IMG/VR virus record: IMGVR_UViG_3300032117_000009
Span: 32,001-96,000 of that record
Direction: 5' to 3' (one strand)
Length of the DNA stretch: 64,000 nt
Origin: a virus
Shown: one piece after another, positions 36,434 to 46,698 of the stretch
Numbering within the stretch: position 1 is the stretch's first letter
Layout of the letters: every line of letters begins with the position of its first letter
The notes under the pieces: generated by a model
Seen by the model: only the letters and a program-made list of their open reading frames with translations
The model's database searches: none
Told to the model about the DNA's origin: nothing
Made by a program: the position numbers and the translations under genes

Positions 36434-37777
36434 TTATTTCTTCCAATCGATTTTTATATAATCTCTACAATCTTCACACAGATTATACCAGTCTTTTATT
36501 GGGTTTTTGTTATTATTGAAATATTCTTTGTTCATTGTATCATAATATTGCAATGAGCTTTTGTCACTTGGATGGTTGTAAATTTCTAATGCTTTGTTGA
36601 TAGGCACAGTTGGCTTTTGCTCATCCTCGTGCTCTTTAAGCTGCTCATCATAATCATCAATGTTGTTATTGCAAATTCTACAACGGTGGCGACAATTTTC
36701 ACAATAATCACTTAAAGGATTGCCATACTTATCTTCATGTTCAGAAGCTTTTGCGTAGCTACCATTATCTATGTCTTTGATCTCTTCATCGCAATCTATG
36801 CAATTCTTTCGGTGGCTTTCGCAATACTTTGAATCAGTATAGTCCTGATCTGAAATAGCGTCACCACACGTTTCACAATCTTTTCTGTGGTATTCACAAA
36901 GATCTGGGCCATATGGAAGAGCATCTCTTTCATCTTCTGAAAGCTCATCATAACAATCATTACAACATCTTCTGTGCTCTTCACAATAATCATAATCTGG
37001 GTAATCTTCCTGGTCTTCAATAGAATGGCCACAATCTTGACAATATTTCCTATGATGTTGGCAATATACAGAATCTGGCCAATCCTCGTGGTCTTCAATA
37101 TCTTCATTGCAATCTTCGCACTTTGGACGACAATTTCTGCAAAGATCTGAATTGGTATCGTGCTGATCGTAAACTTCTTTTCCACAATTTTCACAAAGCT
37201 TACGGCAATTTTCACAATGATCAGACTCTGGGTAATCCTCTTGGTCTGCTATCTCATCTCCACATTCTTGACATTCTTTACGGCAATTTTCACAATATTT
37301 AGAATCAGTATCATTCTGATCTGTTATTTCTCTATCGCAATATTCGCAATGTTTACGACAATCTTCACAATATTTAGTACTTGGGTTTTCTTCAATATCA
37401 TGGATTGGTTCATCGCAATAATTGCAGTATTTACGGCAATTCTTGCATTGCTTAGTTTCTGCACCAACATAATATAAATGGCTATCTTCTTTGCCCACAT
37501 CATCTATTAAACCACGGCATTGATCGCAATAAAGCGTATGATCTGGACAACCTTCAGAACCTGGTATAGCATTTTCATTGCAGTACTTACACTTAGAAAT
37601 AACATTTTGTCTACAATCTCTACACATTCCGCTTGAATGGCCAAGATCTGATGTGCTTAATCTATCACCACAATTACTACATGATTCATGATCATTAATA
37701 ATTTTAGGATATGGGTGTTGCCAATTAGGTCTAGCTGTTTTGCTAAAAAATTCTTCTTGCGTCCAAAACTCTTCCAT
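36434..37777 (-). CDS. Tandem Zn-ribbon repeat protein (13 CxxC...Cxx[C/H] units)
   Basis: About 25-aa periodic units counted in the translation; SD AAGGA; begins SKTA, ends IDWKK. Confidence 0.8.
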   Translation of the reverse strand: MEEFWTQEEFFSKTARPNWQHPYPKIINDHESCSNCGDRLSTSDLGHSSGMCRDCRQNVISKCKYCNENAIPGSEGCPDHTLYCDQCRGLIDDVGKEDSHLYYVGAETKQCKNCRKYCNYCDEPIHDIEENPSTKYCEDCRKHCEYCDREITDQNDTDSKYCENCRKECQECGDEIADQEDYPESDHCENCRKLCENCGKEVYDQHDTNSDLCRNCRPKCEDCNEDIEDHEDWPDSVYCQHHRKYCQDCGHSIEDQEDYPDYDYCEEHRRCCNDCYDELSEDERDALPYGPDLCEYHRKDCETCGDAISDQDYTDSKYCESHRKNCIDCDEEIKDIDNGSYAKASEHEDKYGNPLSDYCENCRHRCRICNNNIDDYDEQLKEHEDEQKPTVPINKALEIYNHPSDKSSLQYYDTMNKEYFNNNKNPIKDWYNLCEDCRDYIKIDWKK

Positions 37778-37961
37778 AGTTTTTCCTTTTAAATTCCCTT
37801 ATAACATAGATGAGTTGTTAGATGGTTTAGAAAAAGGTTCATCATAGCTCATGGTAAGCTTAACGAATTCGTTATATTCTTCTGGTTGGATTGGCATCCA
37901 TATTCTACCGCAAAGACTACATATATAACAGCCAGCAAAATCTTGTTCTAAATTATGTTGA

Positions 37962-38537
37962 TCACAAATCATACCATTCTACCTTGTTATACCAACTTGA
38001 TGTTCTATTGCGATTTTTAGCTCTCCAACTAGCGTTTGCTTTTGATTTGGCAACTTTACAAGGATCACATCTGCATCCAGCTTCATAACCAGAAGTTTTC
38101 CCATGCCTTGGGTCATCATCATCTATGCCACGTTGTCTAATTTTCCTAACGCTTTCAACGGCAGCAGCTTGGCAAAGTCCACATCTACAACCAATTCTAT
38201 ATCCATTTGTACTCCCATGTCTTGGGTCTTCAGGATCTAATGCCTTTAATATTGGCAATGGTGTTCTTAACTTATCTTCATCTACACCTGGGGTAATAGG
38301 CCCTTCTTTATCAATACCTTTAAGAGATCTTTGATAATAAGAAGATGCATCCCTGCATTTTCTACAACGACAATTCCCATATGTGTACGCATAAATTTTG
38401 CCATGGTGTGTGCTGTCTACATAAAGTTTGCATTTTGGGCTTGGGCAATTACAATTTTCTCTAATATTAGGGTCTAATTCTTTTCCCCAAAACTCAGGGT
38501 TTTGAAAATTTATTTCAGCAATTTCATTATCGCCCAT
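37962..38537 (-). CDS. Protein with 3 HG-x4-Y-x3/4-CRC-x2-C repeats
   Basis: Repeats visible in translation; ends RTSSWYNKVEWYDL. Confidence 0.7.
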   Translation of the reverse strand: MGDNEIAEINFQNPEFWGKELDPNIRENCNCPSPKCKLYVDSTHHGKIYAYTYGNCRCRKCRDASSYYQRSLKGIDKEGPITPGVDEDKLRTPLPILKALDPEDPRHGSTNGYRIGCRCGLCQAAAVESVRKIRQRGIDDDDPRHGKTSGYEAGCRCDPCKVAKSKANASWRAKNRNRTSSWYNKVEWYDL

Positions 38538-39712
38538 TATTCGTTTCCTGAGTAATCATGAGGCTTTTGAAAAGGTCGAGCCTCTGGGTGGTTAGGGTTT
38601 ATCTGCTGATAGGCCATATCGTTCGCCTGTGACGATATTTCAGAGCATGTGGGGCAATACGAATCCATGCGATTTGAAAGTGGTGTACCGCAACTGAGGC
38701 ACGTTCCACTAGGAGAAGCTAAATGTGTTGAATCTTTATTAGTTCCTAAATGTGTAAATTTATTTGAATTATTAATGTTTGAAAATAAATTTTCAGAAAT
38801 TATTTTTGACGAACTTCTACGTCTTTTTTCATTATCAACATATTGTTGTGCATCATGTTTGACAAAATGTTCTACTTCGTGATGAAATTCATCTTGATTT
38901 GGTTTATAGATTTCTCCATCCCTATCTTGTAAATTAATCAAATCCATAGGGCCATATTTTTTATGATGAAGTTCAATAAATCCACCATCAAAGTATCGGC
39001 CTTCCCAATCGCCTACTTTATGTGATACATATGGCTCATCATTTTCGTCTATCTGGATAGTATGATCAGGGAAACGCTTTTCAAATTCTGATACGGTATG
39101 CAATCGGAGCATAAGTTTTTGTGGGCCAAATATATGATCTATACCTTCCCAAAGATGTTCAGCGATAGCTTTACCAGCTATTTCACTTTGCTCACGCTTA
39201 CTCAAACCAAAATCTTCATCATCAACTGATGCATACCATTTAGAAGCGTTTACAAGGTCCTTGCGCTTACGATATTCACGTTGCCAAGTATTATAAGCTT
39301 TTTTACAAGGATAACAACGACAACCTAGAGTTGTATAAGTAGCTACTTGACCATGGCGATTGTCATCGGCAGGAAGATTGTTTTGCTTTTTGTTTTCAGC
39401 TTCTTGGTATCGAGCACTTTTACAATCATCACAACGGCAATTCCAGTTGTAATAAGCATTTAGAGTTCCGTGGCGCTCGTCGCCTTCAGGGAGTGACAAT
39501 GACTTACGACTATTGTTATATTGTCTTCTAGCATCTTTGCAGTCGTCACAACGACACTTTCCACCTTGATATCCAGGGAGTGTGCCATGCTTTTCAGAAT
39601 CTTTGTCTAAATTACAATTGCGGTTTGAACAACCACAAGCATAACGATCTCTATAGTATGATTCTATAGTAGGAGGTATATCATACCACTCTTGATGATC
39701 GTCAATAGGCAT
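38537..39712 (-). CDS. Modular protein: 3 HG...CRC..C repeats + second domain + Zn ribbon
   Basis: Paralogous N-terminal half to 37962..38537; modules separated by NASKWYAS and RRSSS. Confidence 0.65.
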   Translation of the reverse strand: MPIDDHQEWYDIPPTIESYYRDRYACGCSNRNCNLDKDSEKHGTLPGYQGGKCRCDDCKDARRQYNNSRKSLSLPEGDERHGTLNAYYNWNCRCDDCKSARYQEAENKKQNNLPADDNRHGQVATYTTLGCRCYPCKKAYNTWQREYRKRKDLVNASKWYASVDDEDFGLSKREQSEIAGKAIAEHLWEGIDHIFGPQKLMLRLHTVSEFEKRFPDHTIQIDENDEPYVSHKVGDWEGRYFDGGFIELHHKKYGPMDLINLQDRDGEIYKPNQDEFHHEVEHFVKHDAQQYVDNEKRRRSSSKIISENLFSNINNSNKFTHLGTNKDSTHLASPSGTCLSCGTPLSNRMDSYCPTCSEISSQANDMAYQQINPNHPEARPFQKPHDYSGNE

Positions 39713-39723
39713 GATTTTGAAAA

Positions 39724-40503
39724 TTAATCGAAATCGCTCGCATCATGAGTGTGATTTGTCACAGTACCATTAATGTGATCTCTCTTGTGATCTTCTTCTG
39801 TCCCTGGGTAACCGTGTAGCAATCTCATGTGAGCCTTCAACATGTTTGGTGCTGGCTTACCAAGAACAGGAGTACGAGTTCCCTTAGCAAATGGCTGAGC
39901 AAGCTCATCAAAGTATGTAGTACCAGCAGATTGAATTGTACCCATCACAGGGTTGTGCTCAAGTTCGTGAGCAATTTCTCTATCTTCATTTGTTGGGTGA
40001 GCCTGAAAATCACCGAGGCACCAACCATGGTGTACATAAAGGTGCTTACCTAGATCATTGAAATAATCAAGATCTGGGTCACTAGAATCCATTGAACGAA
40101 GCCGATCAATATCCTCATCGCTTATACGGCTTGGTCCACCTTGAATACCACGTTCGCCAGAACGACTTCCTTTAAAGAAATGCTTCTGGTTTACGTAGTT
40201 ACCAAACCTTCTAATTTTATCTGCTTCTTCTGTAGTAGTAGGGCTATCTTTGTCATATACAAAGCCATTCTCAGAAGATATTTCATCAATAAGTTCTTTT
40301 TCTGTGCGAATGTTTTTAGCAGTAGATGAATCATAATCATCAGGGTTTAACCGAGATGCAAGCCTACTAAAATTTTGAAAAAGCTCTTTTCTATCAACCT
40401 TGCCATACTTATTATTTACTTCGTCTTTAAGGATATCTTTTGGATCTGCTTGGTCAGAGACTCTTCTTAATAAAAAATAAAGATCAACAGGTACGTTATT
40501 CAT
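39724..40503 (-). CDS. Hypothetical acidic/His-rich modular protein
   Basis: ORF; two H-[LM]-x3-HG motifs. Confidence 0.55.
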   Translation of the reverse strand: MNNVPVDLYFLLRRVSDQADPKDILKDEVNNKYGKVDRKELFQNFSRLASRLNPDDYDSSTAKNIRTEKELIDEISSENGFVYDKDSPTTTEEADKIRRFGNYVNQKHFFKGSRSGERGIQGGPSRISDEDIDRLRSMDSSDPDLDYFNDLGKHLYVHHGWCLGDFQAHPTNEDREIAHELEHNPVMGTIQSAGTTYFDELAQPFAKGTRTPVLGKPAPNMLKAHMRLLHGYPGTEEDHKRDHINGTVTNHTHDASDFD

Positions 40504-40892
40504 GCTGGGACCTTTTCTGGAGTTCTTTGTGGAGTAGCTGGCTCGTATGGGCTTGGTTCACGCTCTGGAGCATAAAGTGGCTCTTCATACGGAACTTCTT
40601 CAGGTTCTTCATCAGGCTCTTGTTGAGGCTCTGGTTGGTGAAGTGGCTCTTCCTCAGGAGCTTCGTCTGGCTCTTCTTCAGGCTCTGGTTGCTGAGGGTA
40701 ATAAGGTTCACCTGGCGCTGGTGCTTCAGGTGCTTCAGGTGCTTCAGGAACATCAGGTGTCTCAGGAGTCTTTTCTGGAATTAACAATGGTTCTTGAGTA
40801 GGCTCAGGCTCAGGTATAAGAGGCCTAATTGGTTTATGAATCCTACGACTAGGTATTCTTTTTGTCTGATCTCCCATTTCAATATCAATCAT
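40500..40892 (-). CDS. Pro/Glu-rich low-complexity protein (130 aa)
   Basis: Start reassigned to the ATG at 40892 (ATGATTGA overlap with the upstream stop); PEAPEAPEAP and EPEEEP repeats. Confidence 0.7.
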   Translation of the reverse strand: MIDIEMGDQTKRIPSRRIHKPIRPLIPEPEPTQEPLLIPEKTPETPDVPEAPEAPEAPAPGEPYYPQQPEPEEEPDEAPEEEPLHQPEPQQEPDEEPEEVPYEEPLYAPEREPSPYEPATPQRTPEKVPA

Positions 40893-41691
40893 TGTATCTA
40901 TCCCAGGTATTACCACAATTGAAACATTTACCAAGTCTACCATGTTTGTGACCACGAGGGTTGTTAACAAGACCAAGATCATCACTACCGCAACGTGGGC
41001 ATGGGTGCTCTTCTGGAACATGATCAGGATCTTTATTGGGATCAAGACTCTCAGCAGCAGTCTGACGGTCCCACTCTTTATGCATAACTTGCTCTTTTGG
41101 AAGCCAGTTAGCAAGCTCTGGTTTGCTATCAATAAAATTAGGCCAATTTGGGTTACCAGAATTTGATATAAATTCGTTTGGCACACGCTCTACTTGGACA
41201 CCTAGATCGTTTTTAACTTTTTCTAGCTCATGATCATCTAGTGGAACAGCTGTCCAAATTTTGCTAACTTTACCGTGTGAAGTACGGTAACCAGCGTCAG
41301 TGTAGTCGGTCTTGCCCCTCATGTTTAGTTGAACAAGTGTGTCCATTCTAAAGTTGTCGGAATCGTGAATGTTATTTAATGTTTGTGAGTGAATGCCACA
41401 ATTGCAAGAATCTGGCTCGAATTCATTTGGTCCTGGGATATCATGCCACTTAACGTGTTGGTTGTTACTAGGGTCCTTACGCTTTTCTTCTTGGTACTGA
41501 CAAACTGCAGCTTGGTCTGAACCATAAAATTTAACTCTCCAAGCACCTGTCATGTAGTGGTGGCCACCGAATTCATCATGCACAGGCTTATTAAGCGTCA
41601 TGAACTTGAAAGATGGTATATCATCATCGGTTTCACCAATTGGGACAGTATCATGACCCCACTCTCCCATGTAACGTCCATTAATTATCAT
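40885..41691 (-). CDS. Hypothetical enzyme-like domain (H-x2-P...CxCGIHS...G...GYR) plus C-terminal Zn ribbon
   Basis: Motif pattern recalled from unannotated actinobacterial/phage proteins; CPRC...CFNC. Confidence 0.45.
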   Translation of the reverse strand: MIINGRYMGEWGHDTVPIGETDDDIPSFKFMTLNKPVHDEFGGHHYMTGAWRVKFYGSDQAAVCQYQEEKRKDPSNNQHVKWHDIPGPNEFEPDSCNCGIHSQTLNNIHDSDNFRMDTLVQLNMRGKTDYTDAGYRTSHGKVSKIWTAVPLDDHELEKVKNDLGVQVERVPNEFISNSGNPNWPNFIDSKPELANWLPKEQVMHKEWDRQTAAESLDPNKDPDHVPEEHPCPRCGSDDLGLVNNPRGHKHGRLGKCFNCGNTWDRYND

Positions 41692-41855
41692 TCGGAGTCT
41701 CCTGTGACACCTTTACCAATGATATTCATATTGTCATAGACGCCAAGAATTTTATTTGGTGTAACATCCTTGCGTGTGCTAACAAACCAATGTGGATCAT
41801 TGGCAGAAGCAGATTTCTTAAAATACTTTTTTTCTATTGTATCCCATAACGACAT
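41688..41855 (-). CDS. Small protein (55 aa) MSLWDTIEKKYFKKSAS...
   Basis: Hand-translated; ATGA-coupled to 40885..41691. Confidence 0.55.
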   Translation of the reverse strand: MSLWDTIEKKYFKKSASANDPHWFVSTRKDVTPNKILGVYDNMNIIGKGVTGDSE

Positions 41856-41905
41856 TTTTAGCCCTGGTCCCTTTTCGTTGCCTTAACTTTTAGTATAATA
41901 GTTTG

Positions 41906-42628
41906 TTAGAACCAATTGTACTTATCGCCAATGGCCTTATCAAATTCGTATGATTCTGCATATTCTTTGCGAGCGGTACGAAGAGTTGATTGCTTTGAAG
42001 CTTCAATTACGTTAGCAACTTTTTCTCTGCGACAAATTTCAACATTGTCAAGGAAATTATCGATAACAGCAGCTCTGAAAGAAACATCAAGAAGCGAAGA
42101 AGTCTTGTGTTCTACAAATGAGCAAGCAGCTTCTCTAGTAGCAAGTTGTGATTTTGTAAGCTCAGGAGACTGCTCAAATGTCCATGTCTCAGCGCCAGCA
42201 GTTACAAAATTAGACCAGTCATACTCTCTGATCTCATTCTGTACTTCTTTAGCAGCGGAAAAAAGAAACGAACCATCGTCCTCACCAAGGTCAAACATAC
42301 CATCTTGCACTTTGTAATAAGTAGAAGCTACAGTCCCACCTGGAAGATTTTGTAAATACTCTTCGGTGTCAAAGTCTACATATTCAGTAGCTGTCTTTTG
42401 TAGAAGCTCACGGTCAGACTCAAGGGTAGTAATTTGGTCAGCAATACGTACAAGCTCACCCTCTGTCGTCTGTGGATGTGAAGCAATTACTCTTAGCCCA
42501 CTAAGCATCTCCTGCACTTGCTCAATTCTATCGTAAATTGAAGCAGAAGAGCCATCAAACCATGATGTGTTGCTTGCGAGTTTCTTGCTAGCTGAAATTA
42601 AGAATGATGCATCTGGCTTTTCATTCAT
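41906..42628 (-). CDS. Probable head-associated protein
   Basis: Strong SD TAAGGAG; KKLAS near the N-terminus, LRTARK near the C-terminus; moderate codon bias. Confidence 0.5.
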   Translation of the reverse strand: MNEKPDASFLISASKKLASNTSWFDGSSASIYDRIEQVQEMLSGLRVIASHPQTTEGELVRIADQITTLESDRELLQKTATEYVDFDTEEYLQNLPGGTVASTYYKVQDGMFDLGEDDGSFLFSAAKEVQNEIREYDWSNFVTAGAETWTFEQSPELTKSQLATREAACSFVEHKTSSLLDVSFRAAVIDNFLDNVEICRREKVANVIEASKQSTLRTARKEYAESYEFDKAIGDKYNWF

Positions 42629-42662
42629 GTTATTTCTCCTTATAGGAATTGCTTAAGTTTTT

Positions 42663-44087
42663 TTACGAATTCCAGTCCTTATCGAAAGGATCAAACTCAT
42701 GTGAATTCTCTCCACTTATACCTGTTTCGGAAGGCTTATTACCTTGTCCATGAGAAAAACTTTCATCGCCATAGTGGATATCATCTTTACCATGAAAACC
42801 TTCAGGTATAGCTCCAATGCCACCCATAGCAACTAGTGCAGCAACATTAGAATCGCTTAAATTATTTCTACGTTTGTTTTTACCACCATAGTCTTCATCA
42901 TAATCTTCTTCAACATCATCAGTGTCTCTACCTGCTACACCATGCTCTGGGTCAGTTTCATAACCAGGGTTATCATCATCTCCAACTGATGCATAAAATG
43001 GGTACCAAATCTTTTGTTTATTTGATTCTATAAACTTTTTCTCCCAATCATCATCATCAAAAGCAAATGGATCTTCACCAACAATATCTTTCATATCTAG
43101 TTTTTTATCATGTTTATCTAATGCATCGAAGTCAAGATGTACCTCTTCTGATTTACAGTGAGGACATTTTGCAGGAATGCCAAATTTTTCATATCCACCA
43201 GTTGTAAGACACCCATGGCAGATCAATGGTGGCCCTTGCGGTCTGCTTGCAGCATTTTCTAAAAATGATCCTTGTTTTTGTTGCATTTGGGCTTCACCTT
43301 TATCTACGCATGTTGGGCAATAATATGGAGGAAAACCAGTTCCATCGTTCCACCAACTAGCAAATCTTGGGCTTGATGGCTCTTCTCTTCTTCTACAATT
43401 AGAACAGCGTATATAATCTTTGTCAGAAGGTTTATTTGATATAACAGGAGATCCAATCATACCTTGTGTATTATCCTCATCTGACATAATATTTTGATCC
43501 ATTTTTAATTTATCACCTGATTGTTCAAGAATTTTATTTTCTTGAACAGACCTGCGTTTCATAGACTTTTTAAACTTATTTTCCCAATCTTCATCGTCAA
43601 AACCTTCATGAACTGGAAAATTGCTTACTTCGTTATCCTGCGAACCTGGGTTATGACCACTAAAAAAATCCATAATCATTGAAAGATAATCAGGGTCTTT
43701 TTTACCTTTTTCTAGAACATGTTCAACATATGATTGTGCTTCTGGATTTGTTGTATCACTAAAAATGTTACCATGGTATATCTCATGTTCACCATCTATC
43801 CTGCCAAGCAAATTTGCTGGGTCGCCAGGTCTAGGATCTTCTAAACGTTTGCCAACTTCTTTTTTTAAAGCTGCTTGGGCTTCTTCATAGCTACCATTAT
43901 GTTGGTAATATGTTCTTCTTCCTTCTACAATATTATTTTTGCGATTCATGGGTCCCCTTAAATTTTCTTTGCCCATTTTCATAGTCCTTCTATCTTGTTC
44001 AGGATTGCTTTGTTGTTCATCTTCATGCGGATTTATAGCATCAGGCAGATAATAAAAATTGTCTTCATATCCCTCATAATTATCCAT
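42663..44087 (-). CDS. Acidic modular protein with two Zn ribbons (putative cargo)
   Basis: Repeated FDDxDWExKF-x2-S linker; CSNC..CPTC and CHGC..CPHC. Confidence 0.6.
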   Translation of the reverse strand: MDNYEGYEDNFYYLPDAINPHEDEQQSNPEQDRRTMKMGKENLRGPMNRKNNIVEGRRTYYQHNGSYEEAQAALKKEVGKRLEDPRPGDPANLLGRIDGEHEIYHGNIFSDTTNPEAQSYVEHVLEKGKKDPDYLSMIMDFFSGHNPGSQDNEVSNFPVHEGFDDEDWENKFKKSMKRRSVQENKILEQSGDKLKMDQNIMSDEDNTQGMIGSPVISNKPSDKDYIRCSNCRRREEPSSPRFASWWNDGTGFPPYYCPTCVDKGEAQMQQKQGSFLENAASRPQGPPLICHGCLTTGGYEKFGIPAKCPHCKSEEVHLDFDALDKHDKKLDMKDIVGEDPFAFDDDDWEKKFIESNKQKIWYPFYASVGDDDNPGYETDPEHGVAGRDTDDVEEDYDEDYGGKNKRRNNLSDSNVAALVAMGGIGAIPEGFHGKDDIHYGDESFSHGQGNKPSETGISGENSHEFDPFDKDWNS

Positions 44088-44089
44088 TG

Positions 44090-44728
44090 CTATCCGCCTA
44101 ACAGCTTGATGTAGTCTTCTATACTATTCTTTACAAGATTGCCGTAAGGACCATGTTCATAAAGATGATTATAATATTGCGTTCCTTCAGGATCTGATTC
44201 TCTTCTAAGGTGTGGGCAATGCTTGTTGATCAAATCCATGCAGTGCTCATGGTATGGCAAATGATCACCCAGTACTTCTTTAATAGGACTTCCCATATAA
44301 CGAACAGCTTGGTCGTCATCTTCAAATTTACCACCACACATAAGGCATTTCTTATCACGGTATGATTCTGATGCATCAAGCATAATTGGATCTATGCGAG
44401 ACTTTTTTTCATCTTTTGATAGCTCATCATGGTTTAAAATAGAACGTATATCTTGTACACCTTGGTTTCCAATAAAATCTTTATTAAATTGTGGTATATC
44501 TCCTATAATTTCAAAAGTATTCCAAGGTACAGGAACTTTTTTGTAAAGTCTTCTATCTCCAGGTCTAACATCACCATTATTAGGAATTCGATAAGATTCA
44601 TTATCATAATGCTGCATATCTGGTTCAGTTCTATGATGTGGTCTAGGCAAACCAGATGGGTATTCTTCCCATGGGTCAAATTCAGGTGGCTGCGAAGCTA
44701 CTGCAGAAAATTGATAAATAATACTCAT
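44090..44728 (-). CDS. CxxC...H-x2-C...HCPHL domain protein
   Basis: Paralogous to the N-terminal half of 58148..59326. Confidence 0.6.
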   Translation of the reverse strand: MSIIYQFSAVASQPPEFDPWEEYPSGLPRPHHRTEPDMQHYDNESYRIPNNGDVRPGDRRLYKKVPVPWNTFEIIGDIPQFNKDFIGNQGVQDIRSILNHDELSKDEKKSRIDPIMLDASESYRDKKCLMCGGKFEDDDQAVRYMGSPIKEVLGDHLPYHEHCMDLINKHCPHLRRESDPEGTQYYNHLYEHGPYGNLVKNSIEDYIKLLGG

Positions 44729-44733
44729 TTTTA

Positions 44734-46698
44734 TTATGATTCTAATTCATATTTTGAAGCTATAAATTTTAGGTATTGGGTAACTTGTTTTTTATTAGCA
44801 GTAATTGGTGGAAGGCCTAAGCTTGCTGCGCCTCTTCGATAATCATTTTTTCTTGACCCTGGCAAATCATCCCAAGCAGCTATTACATTTGCAAAAGCTT
44901 CTGGATCATCTTGGTCTTCATGGTTTGTTGTAAGAATATCATGCGTTTTTCTTAAAATATTTTCACTAGGCTTATTAACCCGCCTACCAGCATTTATATT
45001 ATCAACATCTTTTTTAAACTTTCCACCAACTATACAATAATCACATGGTGTATTATCATATTTTGTGTTTTTTCTATCCAAATGGTAAATCAAACCAGAT
45101 GCTCTACCATGTTGATAACCCCTAATATATTTTTTCCTTTGAGAACCTGGCTCATTTTCTAATTCAGATTGATTTTCTGGAGCTGTTGTTTCTTCATGTT
45201 CTTGGTCAGAATTAGGTACAATATTGAAATTATTATAAAAATTATAATTTTGCGGTGAGTTTACATCAACAACTTTTTGTGGCATTACTGTTACCTGATG
45301 ATATGGTAAAGATTTGATTAAACCATTTTCATCTTGTTCTACATTTTCAACGTATGGGTTTCTGTTTACAGGAACTTGTGGAGTATTCCCTGGTGTAGTT
45401 ATTACCCTAGTATTTTGATATCCATTATTAGATCTTTGTTGATTGTTTTTTGGCTCTGTTTCTTTGGAACCCCAAACATCACTGTAATTTGGCAATTTTG
45501 CATCAGGAGTTGATAAAGAGCCATGTAGTTTTTCTATTCTTGATAAGCTTCTTTCTAAATTATTTTTCCATGTTGGATTATCAAAGAAACTTATTCCTGC
45601 TTCGTTTGTTTGATTAACATCTACAACTTTATCTTTTTGCTTTGTTCCACTTGGGGCACCTTTATAAATAAATCTATGCACGCCTTGAACATTATTATAA
45701 CTCCAACCTCTTTTAACAGCATCTTTTACAGAGTTATAAAAACTTTGTTTAAAATCAGCTGCAATAACAACTTTTGGAATATTGCTATGGTTAGCATAAA
45801 ACATACTGTTGATCCAATTATTTTTATAAGCACGCACAACTATCTTTCCACAATGGTCACATGTGAAATCACCAGTGTCTCTGCTTAGGTGTGTTGGGCC
45901 ACCACAGATTGGGCATACAATTACTGAGCTTTGTTTCATTGATTTTTTCCAATCGATTGTACTATATGGGTTGTGATAAGCTGGGCACCGATAATCTGTG
46001 CATCTATTACTTGATGTTAATTCTCCAGTACAGCAGCTACATTTTTGAGAGTTTCTACATTTTTCATTTTGACAATTACCAAATTCATCTACAACGTAAT
46101 TTCCACAATTGTCACATCTATTTGTTTCAGTGCAACGTGGGCATAATGTGTACTGTTCACGCTCAGATAAACAATTTGGGCAATGTTCTTTTTGACAATC
46201 TGGGCAAAGATCTAAATTATCACCGTATGCGTATTCTTTCTTAAGCCAACCTTCTGGCTCTTCATCATAACCTGGTGAATAGCTCGCATAGCAATCTACA
46301 CCATCACAATAAGTTTCATATGTGCGGTAAGCTTTCTTTGGTCTGAAATGAGGGCTTTCTTCGCATTTTGGGTTGCTGCATTCATCATACTGGTCCATGT
46401 ACTCACCACATTTGTCACATTTATAACAATTTCTGCAATCTTCATTGACACAGCAACCACTATCCAAAGGCTCAGCACATTCTCTACAATAGTCCTCTTG
46501 GCAATGTGGGCAAAGGTGATAATTGTCATCCCAGATAGGAGATTTAGATCTTCCTGTTCCTGGGCCATTCATTGAGTTTGTATAACTTTCCGACCAACCT
46601 TGGTATCCTGCGTCATCGTCATAAGCAAATTCATCGCAACCAGGGCCATCGCAATGCAATGTATATATGTCACGAGATAAACGTTTCATTATGACCAC
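44734..46698 (-). CDS. Modular Cys-rich protein (putative cargo polyprotein)
   Basis: Two multi-Zn modules separated by PKKAY, then IDWKKSMKQSS, a Zn ribbon and an Asn/Gln-rich region. Confidence 0.65.
   Translation of the reverse strand: MVIMKRLSRDIYTLHCDGPGCDEFAYDDDAGYQGWSESYTNSMNGPGTGRSKSPIWDDNYHLCPHCQEDYCRECAEPLDSGCCVNEDCRNCYKCDKCGEYMDQYDECSNPKCEESPHFRPKKAYRTYETYCDGVDCYASYSPGYDEEPEGWLKKEYAYGDNLDLCPDCQKEHCPNCLSEREQYTLCPRCTETNRCDNCGNYVVDEFGNCQNEKCRNSQKCSCCTGELTSSNRCTDYRCPAYHNPYSTIDWKKSMKQSSVIVCPICGGPTHLSRDTGDFTCDHCGKIVVRAYKNNWINSMFYANHSNIPKVVIAADFKQSFYNSVKDAVKRGWSYNNVQGVHRFIYKGAPSGTKQKDKVVDVNQTNEAGISFFDNPTWKNNLERSLSRIEKLHGSLSTPDAKLPNYSDVWGSKETEPKNNQQRSNNGYQNTRVITTPGNTPQVPVNRNPYVENVEQDENGLIKSLPYHQVTVMPQKVVDVNSPQNYNFYNNFNIVPNSDQEHEETTAPENQSELENEPGSQRKKYIRGYQHGRASGLIYHLDRKNTKYDNTPCDYCIVGGKFKKDVDNINAGRRVNKPSENILRKTHDILTTNHEDQDDPEAFANVIAAWDDLPGSRKNDYRRGAASLGLPPITANKKQVTQYLKFIASKYELES

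Noticed and set aside
40893-41186. N-terminal extension of the track ORF 40500..41186
   Set aside because: It overlaps the real gene 40885..41691 in another frame; the coupled ATG at 40892 is the better start.
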